Of a stretch of 63,999 nucleotides of DNA, positions 13,499 to 25,007 are shown in pieces; positions within the stretch are counted from its first letter, which is position 1, and every line of letters starts with the position of its first letter. The notes below the pieces were generated by a model. That model did no database searches, was not told where the DNA came from, and saw only the letters and a program-made list of their open reading frames with translations. The translations under genes and the position numbers were made by a program. Location: contig CAYUAF010000001.1 of assembly GCA_964442555.1 (NCBI GenBank), positions 1-63,999 on the forward strand, written 5' to 3'. Source of the DNA: an uncultured Brachymonas sp. Its GTDB lineage: Bacteria; Pseudomonadota; Gammaproteobacteria; Burkholderiales; Burkholderiaceae_C.

Positions 13499-15010
13499 AT
13501 GAATGACAACACTTTCAATCTGCCGATAGAAGAATGGATTGAGTGGTTCCAGCAAGTCATGCAGCCTGCCACGCTGATTCAAGTGGCGGTGCTCATCGGC
13601 ACGGCGGGCATCGCTTGGCTGGCCGTGCATTTGCTGCGCCGGGGCGTAAGGGCCGGCCCTAGAAGAAACGGCATTTCGGACGCAGTTGAAAAAGTCGCGC
13701 AACGCATCGGGCAGAACGAAGAGTCGCTCCTGTTCGGTCGCAACAATTACGATGGCGTGCTGTTTCCTGTGGCCTGGCTGGTGCTGTCTTATGCCGCTTC
13801 GCACCTGATGCATGTGGAGATCAGAGCCTCGCTCTTTCGCATTGCCTTGCCGGTGCTGGCCGCGCTGGTGGTCATCCGTGCCGTGGCCCGGATTGTGCGC
13901 CGCCTGTGGGGCACGCGGCATTGGGTCAAGGTGCTGGAGCACACGGTCTCCTGGATCATCTGGGGCTGCGTGGTGCTGTGGGCCACGGGCTTGTTACCCT
14001 ATTTGGTGAATTTTCTGGAAAGCGTCAAGATCAGGTTCGGCGCCATCAACACCACCTTGCTCAATCTGATTCTGGGCTCCGTATTCGTGGTAGTGGCCTT
14101 GCTGGTGGCCTTGTGGCTTTCTTCGCTGATTGAGTCGCGCCTGCTGCGCGATGCCACGGGCAGCACGCTGTCGCTGCGCAAAATCGGCAGCAACGCCATT
14201 CGCGGCTTGCTGCTGTTTTTGGCTATTTTGTTGGGGCTGGAGGCCGTCAATATCGACTTGACGGCATTTTCGGTATTCGGCGGGGCCTTGGGCGTGGGCA
14301 TTGGCTTGGGTCTGCAAAGGCTGGCGGCCAACTACGTCAGCGGCTTTGTCGTGCTGCTTGAACGCAGCGTGCGCATTGGCGACGTGATCAAGGTCGATAA
14401 TTTCGAAGGCCGCGTAACCGACATCACCGCGCGCTTTACCCGCGTGCGCTCCATCTCGGGGATTGAGGCCATTTTGCCCAACGACATGCTGGTGAACCTG
14501 CGGGTGGAAAACAGCTCGCTGATCGATCCGCGCGTATGGCACTGGATGCCGGTCACGGTCAGCTACGGCACCGATGTGGAACTGTTGCAGCGCCTGCTGG
14601 TCGAAGCTGCGGCAGCACAGCCACGGGTGGCGCGCGAGCCAGCGCCTGAGGCGCATCTGAACGCTTTTGGCGAAAACGGGCTGGAATTTCGGGTGGCCTT
14701 TTGGGTACTGGACCCCGAAAACGGCATGGCCCCATTGCGCTCGGCCATCAACTTGCAGATATGGCGCTCTTTGCGTGAGCATGGCATTCAGGTCGCCTAC
14801 CCGCAGCGCGTGGTGCACAACTTCATGCAACCTTATCCGGAAGAAGGTGGCGTGGCAGACAACGGCTACGTGGCCATGCGCAGGGAGCCAGGGCAGGCGT
14901 TTGCTAGCCCAATAGCGGGCGCAGGCAAAGGCACGGTGGCGGCGTCTGCGCCATCTTCTCCATCCGCGCCATCTGCTGCGCCGCCGCCTTCTGCTACGGA
15001 AGCACGGTAG
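13499..15010 (+). CDS. Small-conductance mechanosensitive channel (MscS family)
   Basis: FGGALGVGIGLGLQRLAANYVSGF pore motif, VRIGDVI, GIQVAYPQRVVH. Start chosen from an AAGGAAG RBS-like motif and is uncertain. Confidence 0.9.
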   Translation: MNDNTFNLPIEEWIEWFQQVMQPATLIQVAVLIGTAGIAWLAVHLLRRGVRAGPRRNGISDAVEKVAQRIGQNEESLLFGRNNYDGVLFPVAWLVLSYAASHLMHVEIRASLFRIALPVLAALVVIRAVARIVRRLWGTRHWVKVLEHTVSWIIWGCVVLWATGLLPYLVNFLESVKIRFGAINTTLLNLILGSVFVVVALLVALWLSSLIESRLLRDATGSTLSLRKIGSNAIRGLLLFLAILLGLEAVNIDLTAFSVFGGALGVGIGLGLQRLAANYVSGFVVLLERSVRIGDVIKVDNFEGRVTDITARFTRVRSISGIEAILPNDMLVNLRVENSSLIDPRVWHWMPVTVSYGTDVELLQRLLVEAAAAQPRVAREPAPEAHLNAFGENGLEFRVAFWVLDPENGMAPLRSAINLQIWRSLREHGIQVAYPQRVVHNFMQPYPEEGGVADNGYVAMRREPGQAFASPIAGAGKGTVAASAPSSPSAPSAAPPPSATEAR

Positions 15011-15096
15011 CGGGTAGCCTGCACACAACAGCCAGCCGCGCCATTGGCTGGCTACAGTGCGGCCCTGCGGCCTTTTTTCCCAAACGAACCGTATAA

Positions 15097-15122
15097 AAAA
15101 GCCCGCTTGGACGCGGGCTTTT
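15097..15122. terminator. Bidirectional intrinsic terminator between convergent mscS and metC
   Basis: AAAAGCCCGC-TTGGAC-GCGGGCTTTT with A/T tracts on both sides. Confidence 0.8.
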
Positions 15123-15145
15123 GTGTAAACAAGGGGAAGATATTT

Positions 15146-16378
15146 TCAAGCTTTGGGCAGCTGGCGCAAAGCCTGTTCCAGATCGGCCAGCAGGTCGGCT
15201 GTTTCTTCCAGACCCGTGCACAGGCGAACCAGCTTGCCACGGCGCAGGTGCTGCGGCCACGGGTTGCGCATATGGGCGATGTTGTAGGGCATCACCAGGC
15301 TGACCGGCCCGCCCCAGCTGTAGCCAATGCGAAAGAGTTGCAGGCTTTCGCAGAAAGCATCCACCTGGGCTTGGGTGTAGGTGTCGTCCACAATCACGCT
15401 CACAATGCCTGCCCCGGCGCCTGCCGGGTTGGCATCGGTGCAGCAATGCGCCTTCCAGGCGGCGTGCCCGGGAGAGTCTGGCAAGCTGGGGTGCAGCACT
15501 TGCGCAAACTGCGGCTTTTGCGCGCACCACTGCGCAATGGCGCGGGCGCTGCTGTCGGCCTGGCGATAGCGCAGGTGCATGTTGGGCAGGGCGCCCAAAA
15601 TGCTTTCCACATCGTTGATGCCTACGCACAGCCCCAGGTGCATATGGCATGTGGCCAGCTGGTCGAACAGGGCGCTGTCGCGGGCCATGATGCTGCCCAT
15701 GAGCACATGGGCGCCGCCGCTGGGGTATTTGGTGAGGGCATGCACGGTGATGTCCACGCCCAGCGCCTGGGGGCTGGCATCGCCCGTGCGTTGGAGGTCA
15801 AACGCCGGAAAGGCCAGGCCCGCGCCCCAGGTGTTGTCCAGCACGGTGAGAATGCCCTTGCTGCGGCACAGTTCCACTTGCGCGGTGAGGTCCGGAAATT
15901 CCAGGGTGATGGAGCCAGCCGCTTCCAGCCATACCAGCTTGGTGGCTGGGGTGATTTTGGCTGCCAGATCGTTGATGTCTGTGGCCTCGTAGCATTGGTG
16001 GCGAATGCCCCAGCGCTTCAGCTCGGTGATGGCCAGGTCTTTGTTGGGGCCGTATGCGTTATCGGGCAGCAGCACCTCGTCGCCCGGATTGAGCAAGGCC
16101 AAATTGACGCAGGCAATGGCCGCCAGGCCGCTGGGCACTAGCAGGCAGTGCGTGCCGCCTTCCAGCGTGCACAGGCGCTGTTCCAGCACGTAGCTGGTGG
16201 GCGTGCCGTGCGTGCCGTAGGTGTAGGTGCCGCGGTCGATAGGGCCGCGGCTGCGTGCGGCTGCCAGATCAGGGAAGAAGATGGTGGACGCCTTGTGTAC
16301 CGGCGGCTGGGGTGCCTCAAAACCACTGGGGGGCTGGTAGGGGTGATGAATCAGTTGGGTTGTGAGGTGCTTTTTCAT
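15146..16378 (-). CDS. metC: Cystathionine beta-lyase (PLP-dependent Cys/Met metabolism)
   Basis: YTYGTHGTPT, DNTW, ALTKYPSGG (PLP lysine), IGYSWGG. Confidence 0.88.
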   Translation of the reverse strand: MKKHLTTQLIHHPYQPPSGFEAPQPPVHKASTIFFPDLAAARSRGPIDRGTYTYGTHGTPTSYVLEQRLCTLEGGTHCLLVPSGLAAIACVNLALLNPGDEVLLPDNAYGPNKDLAITELKRWGIRHQCYEATDINDLAAKITPATKLVWLEAAGSITLEFPDLTAQVELCRSKGILTVLDNTWGAGLAFPAFDLQRTGDASPQALGVDITVHALTKYPSGGAHVLMGSIMARDSALFDQLATCHMHLGLCVGINDVESILGALPNMHLRYRQADSSARAIAQWCAQKPQFAQVLHPSLPDSPGHAAWKAHCCTDANPAGAGAGIVSVIVDDTYTQAQVDAFCESLQLFRIGYSWGGPVSLVMPYNIAHMRNPWPQHLRRGKLVRLCTGLEETADLLADLEQALRQLPKA

Positions 16379-16426
16379 GATCGAGAAGGGCAAGGGCTTG
16401 GTGGGTGATATGCAGCCCCGGTACTA

Positions 16427-16708
16427 GGGTCTGTTTACGCTATTTTGGGGGCGAACGTGTCCGAAAGGCCACTCATTCAGACTATTCAGCCGGGCGGTGA
16501 TGCGCATACCGGGTGTCTGCGCAAAGCGCACAACGGCGAGAGGAGGTTTTACGGGCATCTTTCCTTCAGGTTGCGATCAAAAAGGCATATCACCGGCGTT
16601 GCCCGCCTTGCCAAGGAAAGCACCTTGGCTGCGGCTAGCCTAGGTGAAAGTCTTTTAAATGGCCTTTTTGATCGCAACGCATCCTCTAAAAACCGTATGA
16701 ACAGGCGC
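16427..16708 (-). mobile_element. MITE family A, copy 2 (282 bp, inverted, more diverged)
   Basis: Reverse-complement match to 12981-13247 (TGCGCA..TGCGCA and GCCAAGG..CCTTGGC hairpins, GTTGCGATCAAAAAG..TTTTTGATCGCAAC); CTAG overlapping both ends. Confidence 0.85.
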
Positions 16709-16747
16709 TAGCCCTTTGGGGGCAGCGCGTGGGGCCGGGTGGCGGGT

Positions 16748-17293
16748 TCAGATTGCCTCGGCTGCTTCTGCCGCGGCCAGACGCGCTTCCAGTTGTTGGG
16801 GGCGCATGGTGTCGTATATCTCAAAAGGCTGGTGAATCCACGGGCTGGTGGGCAGGTGTTCAACCGAGTAGTCGGGCGTAAAGCTGGATACACCCTTGGT
16901 CCATAGCACGGCGCTGCGCAGGTCGGTAATGGAAGGGTATTGGGCGCGGAGCATGTCGATTACCGCGCGCAAGGTAACGCCCGAGTCGGCCAAATCATCT
17001 ACCAGCAGCACGCGGCCTGCAATTTGCCCTTTGGGGGTGGTGATGTAGTGGGCGATGTCGAGATGACCTTGTTTGGTGCCGTTGTCGTCGCGGTAAGAGC
17101 TGGTGGACATGATGGCCAGCGGCACATCGAAAATGCGGCTGAGGATGTCGCCCGGGCGCATGCCGCCGCGTGCCAGACACAAAATGGTGTCGAACTCCCA
17201 GCCGGAGCGGTGCACCATGAGTGCCAGTTTTTCGATCAGTTGGTGGTATTTCTCGTGGCTTACGTAAAGATGGTTGCCGTTTTCAGTCAGCAT
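16748..17293 (-). CDS. Type I (purine) phosphoribosyltransferase
   Basis: LARGG, PRPP-binding VLLVDDLADSG, WIHQPFE; AGGAG RBS; downstream of purA. Confidence 0.88.
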   Translation of the reverse strand: MLTENGNHLYVSHEKYHQLIEKLALMVHRSGWEFDTILCLARGGMRPGDILSRIFDVPLAIMSTSSYRDDNGTKQGHLDIAHYITTPKGQIAGRVLLVDDLADSGVTLRAVIDMLRAQYPSITDLRSAVLWTKGVSSFTPDYSVEHLPTSPWIHQPFEIYDTMRPQQLEARLAAAEAAEAI

Positions 17294-17335
17294 GGTGTGC
17301 TCCTGTGGGTGCAAAAGTGTTTGTGGGGCAATTTT

Positions 17336-18751
<1,416 letters not shown>

Positions 18752-18778
18752 TCAATAATCGTTGGCGGCAAGCCGCGC

Positions 18779-19960
18779 TTATGCGGGTTGGATGGGCGCT
18801 ACGGCCCATGTGCCGTTTTGCTGCACCAGTGTGCGATCGCACAAGATATGTTCGGGTTTGGGCTGTGATTGGCCGGGCAGGGTCACCACCACGGTTTCGC
18901 CTTGGCGGCGCAGGGTTTGCACGGCATCCAGCCACTCGGCGGAATCATGCCAGTTCGTGCAAATGGCCGGGCGTTGCGGGCGGGGCGCTACATATTGCGC
19001 CAGCGACTTGACATCCAGACTGAAGCCAACCGCCGGGCGCTTGCGACCATAGGCAGCGCCTACCTTGTCGTAACGTCCGCCGCGCACCAAGGCATCGCTG
19101 CCGCCGGGGGAGTAAATGGCAAAACGCATGCCGCTGTAATAGGAATAGCCTTGCGAATCTGCCAGATCAAACTGCACCAGCAAGTCGGGGTGCGCGTTGC
19201 GGATATGCGTGGCAAGCGTGGAGAGTTCGTCCAGCGCCCGGGTAATGGCGGGCAAGGCCGGCAAGCGTTGGCGCGCGGTGTGGAGCACGTCTTGGGTGCC
19301 GTACAGGCCGAGCAGATCGTGCAAGGCTTGCTGGATGTTGGCGGGCAAGGCTGCGGCTGCGTGTTGCAGCGCTTCGGCATTTTTGGTGATAAGCGCCTGC
19401 TGCAAGCGGTGCAGGTCAAGCGGCGCGCCGGGCGCTTGCGCCAGCAGGGCGGGCACGATGCGGGCATCGGCCAAGTCCAGCACCACGCCGCTTTTAAGCG
19501 GGGGCTGTACCGTATGCAAGGCGTCCAAGGCGAGCAATACCACTTCGATATCGGCGGCAATGTCGCTGCTGCCGTACAGTTCAGCGCCGAATTGCAGCGG
19601 TTCGCGGCTGGCATTGGGTTGCTGCGGGCGGGTGTGCAGCACGGGGCCGCAGTAGCACAGGCGTGCAGCGCCTTCGCGGTTGAGCAAATGCGCGTCCAGG
19701 CGGGCCGTTTGCTGGGTGGTGTCTGCACGCACGCCCAAAGTGCGGCCAGAAAGCAAATCAACCAGCTTGAATGTTTGTATGTCCAGATCTTCGCCCGAGC
19801 CGCTGAGCAGCGATTCGATGTGCTCCACCAGCGGGGGGATGACCAGCTCGTAGCCATAGCGACGCGCGCAGTCGAGCAACTCGCGCCGTAGATCTTCGAT
19901 CAATCGCGCCTCAAAAGGCAAAACATCGGCAATGTGGTCGGGTAATACCCACGCAGACAT
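18779..19960 (-). CDS. hisZ: ATP phosphoribosyltransferase regulatory subunit
   Basis: WVLPDHIADVLP, REPLQFGAELYG, GGRYD, RPAVGFSLD; hisZ-purA gene order. Confidence 0.93.
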   Translation of the reverse strand: MSAWVLPDHIADVLPFEARLIEDLRRELLDCARRYGYELVIPPLVEHIESLLSGSGEDLDIQTFKLVDLLSGRTLGVRADTTQQTARLDAHLLNREGAARLCYCGPVLHTRPQQPNASREPLQFGAELYGSSDIAADIEVVLLALDALHTVQPPLKSGVVLDLADARIVPALLAQAPGAPLDLHRLQQALITKNAEALQHAAAALPANIQQALHDLLGLYGTQDVLHTARQRLPALPAITRALDELSTLATHIRNAHPDLLVQFDLADSQGYSYYSGMRFAIYSPGGSDALVRGGRYDKVGAAYGRKRPAVGFSLDVKSLAQYVAPRPQRPAICTNWHDSAEWLDAVQTLRRQGETVVVTLPGQSQPKPEHILCDRTLVQQNGTWAVAPIQPA

Positions 19961-20120
19961 GAGGCAACGTGACAGAGTGTTAAAAAAATAATTCTACCGT
20001 TAAAAGATTTGGTGTTTGGCTTGGCGCTTGGCCGGGCACCGTGATATCGGCAACCGGCATGGTCAATCGACATAGGCAACCAGGCGATTGCGCAGGGGGC
20101 AATCCTGCCGCAATCCGCCA

Positions 20121-20159
20121 GGGCCTGTTCGCACCTCCAAAAATAGTGTAAACAGGCTC
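20121..20159. mobile_element. 39-bp mini-MITE, copy 2
   Basis: GGGCCTGTTCGCACCTCCAAAAATAGTGTAAACAGGCTC in the hisZ/uvrD divergent spacer. Confidence 0.8.
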
Positions 20160-20288
20160 TAGGCAAAGGGAGGCATGCGTGCACGCTTTGCCACCCCTGC
20201 CTTTGCTTTGTGTGTAGCATTGCCGGTTTGGGGCGGCCCGTTGCCAGAGCAAGCAGGGCCGCTTATGGCTTTTTGATAGTGTGTGCCT

Positions 20289-22664
20289 ATGTCTGTTGAC
20301 GATTTGTTTTCTGTTACTCCTTTGGCCGGCGCGACGCATGCCGATGATTTGCTGCGGGGCTTGAACGACGAGCAGCGCAGCGCCGTCACGCTGCCGGATG
20401 CGCATGCCCTGATTCTGGCTGGTGCAGGTTCTGGCAAAACACGGGTGCTGACAACGCGCATTGCCTGGCTGCTGGCGCAGCAGCGGGTGTCGCCCGCCGG
20501 CATCATGGCGGTAACGTTTACCAACAAGGCCGCCAAAGAGATGGGCGCGCGCCTGTCGGCCATGCTGCCCATCAATGTGCGGGGCATGTGGATTGGCACT
20601 TTTCACGGCCTGTGCAACCGCTTTTTGCGGGCGCATTACAAGGTGGCGAACCTGCCGCAAACGTTTCAGATACTGGACACGCAAGACCAGCTTTCAAGCA
20701 TCAAGCGGCTATACAAGCAGTTCGATATAGACGACGAGCGTTTTCCGCCCAAACAGCTGCAATGGTTTATCAGCGGCTGCAAGGAAGAGGGTATGCGCCC
20801 GGGCGACGTGCCGGTGCGCGACGCCGAAAGCCGCAAAAAAGTCGAGCTGTACCAGCTGTACGAAGAGCAATGCCAGCGCGAAGGCGTGGTCGATTTTGGC
20901 GAACTGATGCTGCGCAGCTACGAGATCTTGCGCGATCACCCCCTGGTGCGGCAGCACTACCAGCGGCGCTTTCGCCACATTCTGGTAGACGAATTCCAAG
21001 ACACCAATCGCCTGCAATATCTGTGGCTGAAGATGTTCGTGTCTGACGGCAGCCAGCAGGTGCCGCCCAACGCCCTGTTTGCCGTGGGGGACGATGACCA
21101 GAGCATCTACGCCTTTCGGGGCGCGCGCGTAGGCAATATGAACGATTTTGTAAACGAGCTGCACGTGGCGCACCAGATCAAGCTGGAGCAAAACTACCGC
21201 AGCTTCAGCAATATTCTGGATAGCGCCAACGCCCTCATCAGCCACAACAAACGCCGCCTGGGCAAAAACCTGCGCACAGATGCCGGTGCGGGCGAGCCGG
21301 TGCGGGTGATGGAGCAACCCAGCGACCTGGCCGAGGCGCGTTGGATAGTAGATGAAATCCGCCATCTGCTGGGCGACGGCACCAGGCGGCAAGACATGGC
21401 CATTCTTTACCGCAGCAATGCCCAAAGCCGTGTAATCGAATCCACCCTGTTTAACGCGGGCATACCGTACCGCGTGTATGGCGGCCTGCGCTTTTTTGAG
21501 CGGGCCGAAATCAAGCACGCCTTGGCCTACCTGCGCTTGCTGGATAACCCGCGTGACGACACCAGCTTCTTGCGCGTAGTCAATTTCCCGCCGCGCGGCA
21601 TAGGCGCGCGCACGCTGGAGCAGCTGCAAGACGCCGCCCGCGCGCAAAACGTGGCGCTGGCAGATGCCGTGCAGCAAGTCGGCGGCAAGGCAGGAGCCAA
21701 TCTGGCCTCGTTCATCGCCAAGCTCGACGCCATGCGCGAGCAGGCACAGCAGCAAACCCTGAAAGAAATCATCGAACTGGTGCTGGACGCCAGCGGGCTG
21801 ATCGCCCACTATGAGACCGAGCGCGAAGGCGCAGACCGCGTGGAAAACCTGCAAGAGCTGGTCAATGCGGCCGAAAGTTTCGTCAGCCAAGAAGGCTTCG
21901 GGCGCGACAGCGCCGCCATGACGCAAGAAAACATGGGCGTTGCAGCCTACGCACAAAGCGCAGAAGGCGCAACCGGCGTGGATGGCGACGGCGAAACGCT
22001 TTCTCCCCTGGCGGCTTTTTTAACGCATGCCGCGCTGGAAGCAGGCGACAACCAGGCTCAGGCAGGGCAAGACGCGGTGCAGCTCATGACCGTGCATGCC
22101 GCCAAAGGGCTGGAATTTGATGTGGTGTTTATCAGCGGGCTGGAAGAAGGCCTGTTCCCGCACGAAAACGCCTTGAACGACTACGACGGCCTGGAAGAAG
22201 AACGCCGCCTGATGTACGTAGCCATCACGCGGGCGCGCAAACGCCTGTACCTCAGCCACGCCCAAACCCGCATGCTGCATGGGCAAACGCGCTACAACAT
22301 CCGCAGCCGCTTTCTGGACGAGCTGCCGCAGGAATGCCTGAAATGGCTCACGCCGCAGCGCAGCGGCTTTGCCGATGCCATGCCGTTTTCAGACGGCTGG
22401 GAACAGGCAAGCGACAGCAGCCATATCCAATGGAATCGCGATGTGCGCCAATCTTTGGGGCAAGGCAGTGCGGCGCATGCCGCGCAGAAAGATGAGGCAA
22501 GCGACTTGCGCCCGGGCGTGCGTGTATTCCATAACAAATTTGGCGAAGGCACTGTGCAAGTCATCGAAGGCAGCGGGGCCGACGCCAGAGCGCGGGTGCA
22601 TTTTTCGCGCCACGGCGTCAAGTGGCTGGCGCTGGGCATTGCCAAGCTAACGGTGGTGGAATAG
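20289..22664 (+). CDS. uvrD: DNA helicase II (UvrD)
   Basis: AGAGSGKT, LVDEFQDTN, VGDDDQSIYAFRGA, EEERRLMYVAITRA; C-terminal Tudor-like VFHNKFGEG. Confidence 0.96.
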   Translation: MSVDDLFSVTPLAGATHADDLLRGLNDEQRSAVTLPDAHALILAGAGSGKTRVLTTRIAWLLAQQRVSPAGIMAVTFTNKAAKEMGARLSAMLPINVRGMWIGTFHGLCNRFLRAHYKVANLPQTFQILDTQDQLSSIKRLYKQFDIDDERFPPKQLQWFISGCKEEGMRPGDVPVRDAESRKKVELYQLYEEQCQREGVVDFGELMLRSYEILRDHPLVRQHYQRRFRHILVDEFQDTNRLQYLWLKMFVSDGSQQVPPNALFAVGDDDQSIYAFRGARVGNMNDFVNELHVAHQIKLEQNYRSFSNILDSANALISHNKRRLGKNLRTDAGAGEPVRVMEQPSDLAEARWIVDEIRHLLGDGTRRQDMAILYRSNAQSRVIESTLFNAGIPYRVYGGLRFFERAEIKHALAYLRLLDNPRDDTSFLRVVNFPPRGIGARTLEQLQDAARAQNVALADAVQQVGGKAGANLASFIAKLDAMREQAQQQTLKEIIELVLDASGLIAHYETEREGADRVENLQELVNAAESFVSQEGFGRDSAAMTQENMGVAAYAQSAEGATGVDGDGETLSPLAAFLTHAALEAGDNQAQAGQDAVQLMTVHAAKGLEFDVVFISGLEEGLFPHENALNDYDGLEEERRLMYVAITRARKRLYLSHAQTRMLHGQTRYNIRSRFLDELPQECLKWLTPQRSGFADAMPFSDGWEQASDSSHIQWNRDVRQSLGQGSAAHAAQKDEASDLRPGVRVFHNKFGEGTVQVIEGSGADARARVHFSRHGVKWLALGIAKLTVVE

Positions 22665-22883
22665 CGCCGAGCCAATCGCAAAAAGCACATTGCAAAGGAT
22701 AGATTGCAAAGGACACAAAGGTTTTGCTCATGTCTCATTCGCAGGTGGCAGCAGGCAACGGCAGTAGGCAATATGACGCCATACGCCACTCCGTGCCTTG
22801 ACGCCAAGCCGCGCGAGGCGATACGGGCTAGCCGTTAGTTAGAATAACCGGCTAATTTTTTGACATTCAAGAAGAAACTACGC

Positions 22884-24833
22884 ATGTTTGATTTTTTCCG
22901 CAAAAACAATAAGTTGTTTACCGGCTTGCTGATGCTGCTGATTCTGCCGGCCTTCGTCTTTGGCGGTTTGGAGCTGTATAACCGTGCCGTAGGGCCAGGC
23001 AGCGGCGTTGCCAGCGTGGGCGGGCGTGCCATTACCCAGCATGAATGGGATCAGGCGCACCGGCAAAGAATGCAGCAGATTCGCGATACCCAGCCGGGCA
23101 TCGACATCAGCCTGCTGGATACGGACTATGCCAAATACCAAACGCTGGAGCGGTTGGTAGACGAATACGCCATCACGGAATGGATTGCCAAGAACAAACT
23201 GTTCGTCAACGACCGGCAGGTGCAAGAAGCATTGCTGCAAATTCCGCAAATTGCCGCCTTGCGCGGGGCAAACGGCCAAATCGACACCCAGGCCTATGCC
23301 GACTTGCTGCGCAGCAACGGGCAAACACCGCAATCGTTTGAGGCCATGGTGCGCAGCCAACTGTCCGAGCAGCAATTCATGCAAAGCATCGGCGCTGCTA
23401 CAGGGTGGCAACCGGCCATCTTGACCGAGCAGGCCATCAGTCCCTTGCTGCAACAGCGCGAAGTGCAAGTCGCCATGTTCCCAACGCAAGACTATGTAGC
23501 CCAAATCAAGCCGACAGAGGCTGAACTGCGCGCCTGGTACGACCAACACGCCGCAACACGCTACAGCGTGCCGGATCAAGTAGACGTCGAATACCTGGTG
23601 CTGGATCCGGAAGCGGTACGCAAGCGCCACCCCTATACAGACAAAGACCTGGCCAACTGGTACGAGCAAAACGCTTCGCGCTACGGCCAGCCCGAAACAC
23701 GCCGCGCCCGCCATATCCTGATCATGGCGGATGAAAAAGCCGATGCAGCCGCCCATGCCGCCGCCAAACAAAAGGCCGAAGACCTGCTCAAGCAAATCAA
23801 GGCGCAGCCCGAGCGTTTCTCCGATTTGGCCAAAGCCCATTCGCAAGACCCCGGCTCTGCTGCCAAAGGGGGCGATTTGGGATTTTTCAACCGCCAAACC
23901 ATGGTCAAACCTTTTGCCGATGCGGCTTTTGCGCTTAAAGCTGGCGAAATCAGCAATGTGGTGCAAAGCAAATTCGGTTACCACATCATCCGGCTGGATG
24001 ACGTCAAACCCGCAACCGTGCCCGCGCTGCAAACGGTGCGCCAGCAAGTCGAAAGCGACTTTGAGCAAGATCGCCTCAAACAACACTTTGCCAACGATGC
24101 GCGACAGCTGAACGAAGAAATCAGCAAAAACCGCGCTTCGCTCCAGGCTGTGGCCGAAAAAATGGGGCTGCCCCTGAAAACCGCCAAGGGCTTGACCGCC
24201 AACGCGCAGCCTGCGCAAGGAGAGCAAGCCATTCTGGCGCACCCGACCGTGCAGCGCGCCATTTTTGAGCAAAAGACGCTTACCAGCAAACAGGCAAGCG
24301 ATCCGATATCGGCCAGCCCCAATGATCTGGTCATTGTGCGTGTAACGGAACACGTACCTGCGCATGCGCGTGCTTATGACGCAGTGCAGGCACAAGTTCG
24401 CACAGACTACGTGCAAGAAAAAGCAGCTGCATTGGCCCAAGAAGCCGGCAAGGCGCAGTTGCAGCAATGGCAGAAAAACCCTGCGGCTGCATCGTTTGCT
24501 GCTGCACCAAGCCTGATTTCACGAATCAAGCACGGCGCCTATCCCAACGCGGTGGTAGATGCCGCTTTGCGGGCGGATGTGAACAAGCTGCCCGCGCTTG
24601 AAGGAGCAGACCTGGGACAAGCAGGCTATGCAATCGTGCGCGTGACCAAGGCGGCGAAAGAATCTGAAGAACTCGCTGCGCCGCTGCGTACGCAATACGC
24701 CCCCGCCGTGCAGCAAAGCATAGCGCAAGCACAGATTCAGGCGTATCTGGAGAGCATCAAACAACAGCTGAAAGTCAAAATCAATGTGCCCAAGCCCGAA
24801 GTGCCCCAAGGCCTGGCCCAAGCCATTGAATGA
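22884..24833 (+). CDS. ppiD: Membrane-anchored periplasmic chaperone / PPIase (PpiD-like)
   Basis: N-terminal anchor MFDFFRKNNKLFTGLLMLLILPAFV; parvulin domain ARHILI...SQDPGSAAKGGDLGFF...SKFGYHII. Confidence 0.88.
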   Translation: MFDFFRKNNKLFTGLLMLLILPAFVFGGLELYNRAVGPGSGVASVGGRAITQHEWDQAHRQRMQQIRDTQPGIDISLLDTDYAKYQTLERLVDEYAITEWIAKNKLFVNDRQVQEALLQIPQIAALRGANGQIDTQAYADLLRSNGQTPQSFEAMVRSQLSEQQFMQSIGAATGWQPAILTEQAISPLLQQREVQVAMFPTQDYVAQIKPTEAELRAWYDQHAATRYSVPDQVDVEYLVLDPEAVRKRHPYTDKDLANWYEQNASRYGQPETRRARHILIMADEKADAAAHAAAKQKAEDLLKQIKAQPERFSDLAKAHSQDPGSAAKGGDLGFFNRQTMVKPFADAAFALKAGEISNVVQSKFGYHIIRLDDVKPATVPALQTVRQQVESDFEQDRLKQHFANDARQLNEEISKNRASLQAVAEKMGLPLKTAKGLTANAQPAQGEQAILAHPTVQRAIFEQKTLTSKQASDPISASPNDLVIVRVTEHVPAHARAYDAVQAQVRTDYVQEKAAALAQEAGKAQLQQWQKNPAAASFAAAPSLISRIKHGAYPNAVVDAALRADVNKLPALEGADLGQAGYAIVRVTKAAKESEELAAPLRTQYAPAVQQSIAQAQIQAYLESIKQQLKVKINVPKPEVPQGLAQAIE

Positions 24834-24872
24834 TTTTTATCGGCAGCGTGCAAACTAGCGCTTGAAGCACGC

Positions 24873-24878
24873 TATAAT
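24873..24878 (+). promoter_or_regulatory. -10 box of the tRNA-His promoter
   Basis: TATAAT followed by a GC-rich discriminator-like CGCGCAC, 12 nt before G-1 of the tRNA. Confidence 0.6.
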
Positions 24879-24891
24879 CGCGCACTCTACG

Positions 24892-24967
24892 GTGGCTGTA
24901 GCTCAGTTGGTAGAGTCCAGGATTGTGATTCCTGTTGTCGTGGGTTCGAGCCCCATCAGCCACCCCA
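24892..24967 (+). tRNA. tRNA-His (GTG)
   Basis: Acceptor stem GTGGCTG/CAGCCAC, D-arm GCTC..GAGT, anticodon loop TTGTGAT, GGTTCGAG T-loop, C discriminator plus encoded CCA, encoded G-1 at 24891. Confidence 0.97.
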
Positions 24968-24983
24968 ATTCATTCAACGACTT

Positions 24984-25007
24984 AGCCGACTTTTCAGTCG
25001 GCTTTTT
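24984..25007 (+). terminator. Intrinsic terminator after tRNA-His
   Basis: AGCCGACT-TTTC-AGTCGGCT followed by TTTT. Confidence 0.8.

Noticed and set aside
20121-20159. CTGT...ACAG upstream of uvrD as a LexA box
   Set aside because: The spacing is far longer than CTGT-N8-ACAG; the bases belong to the mini-MITE TIRs.
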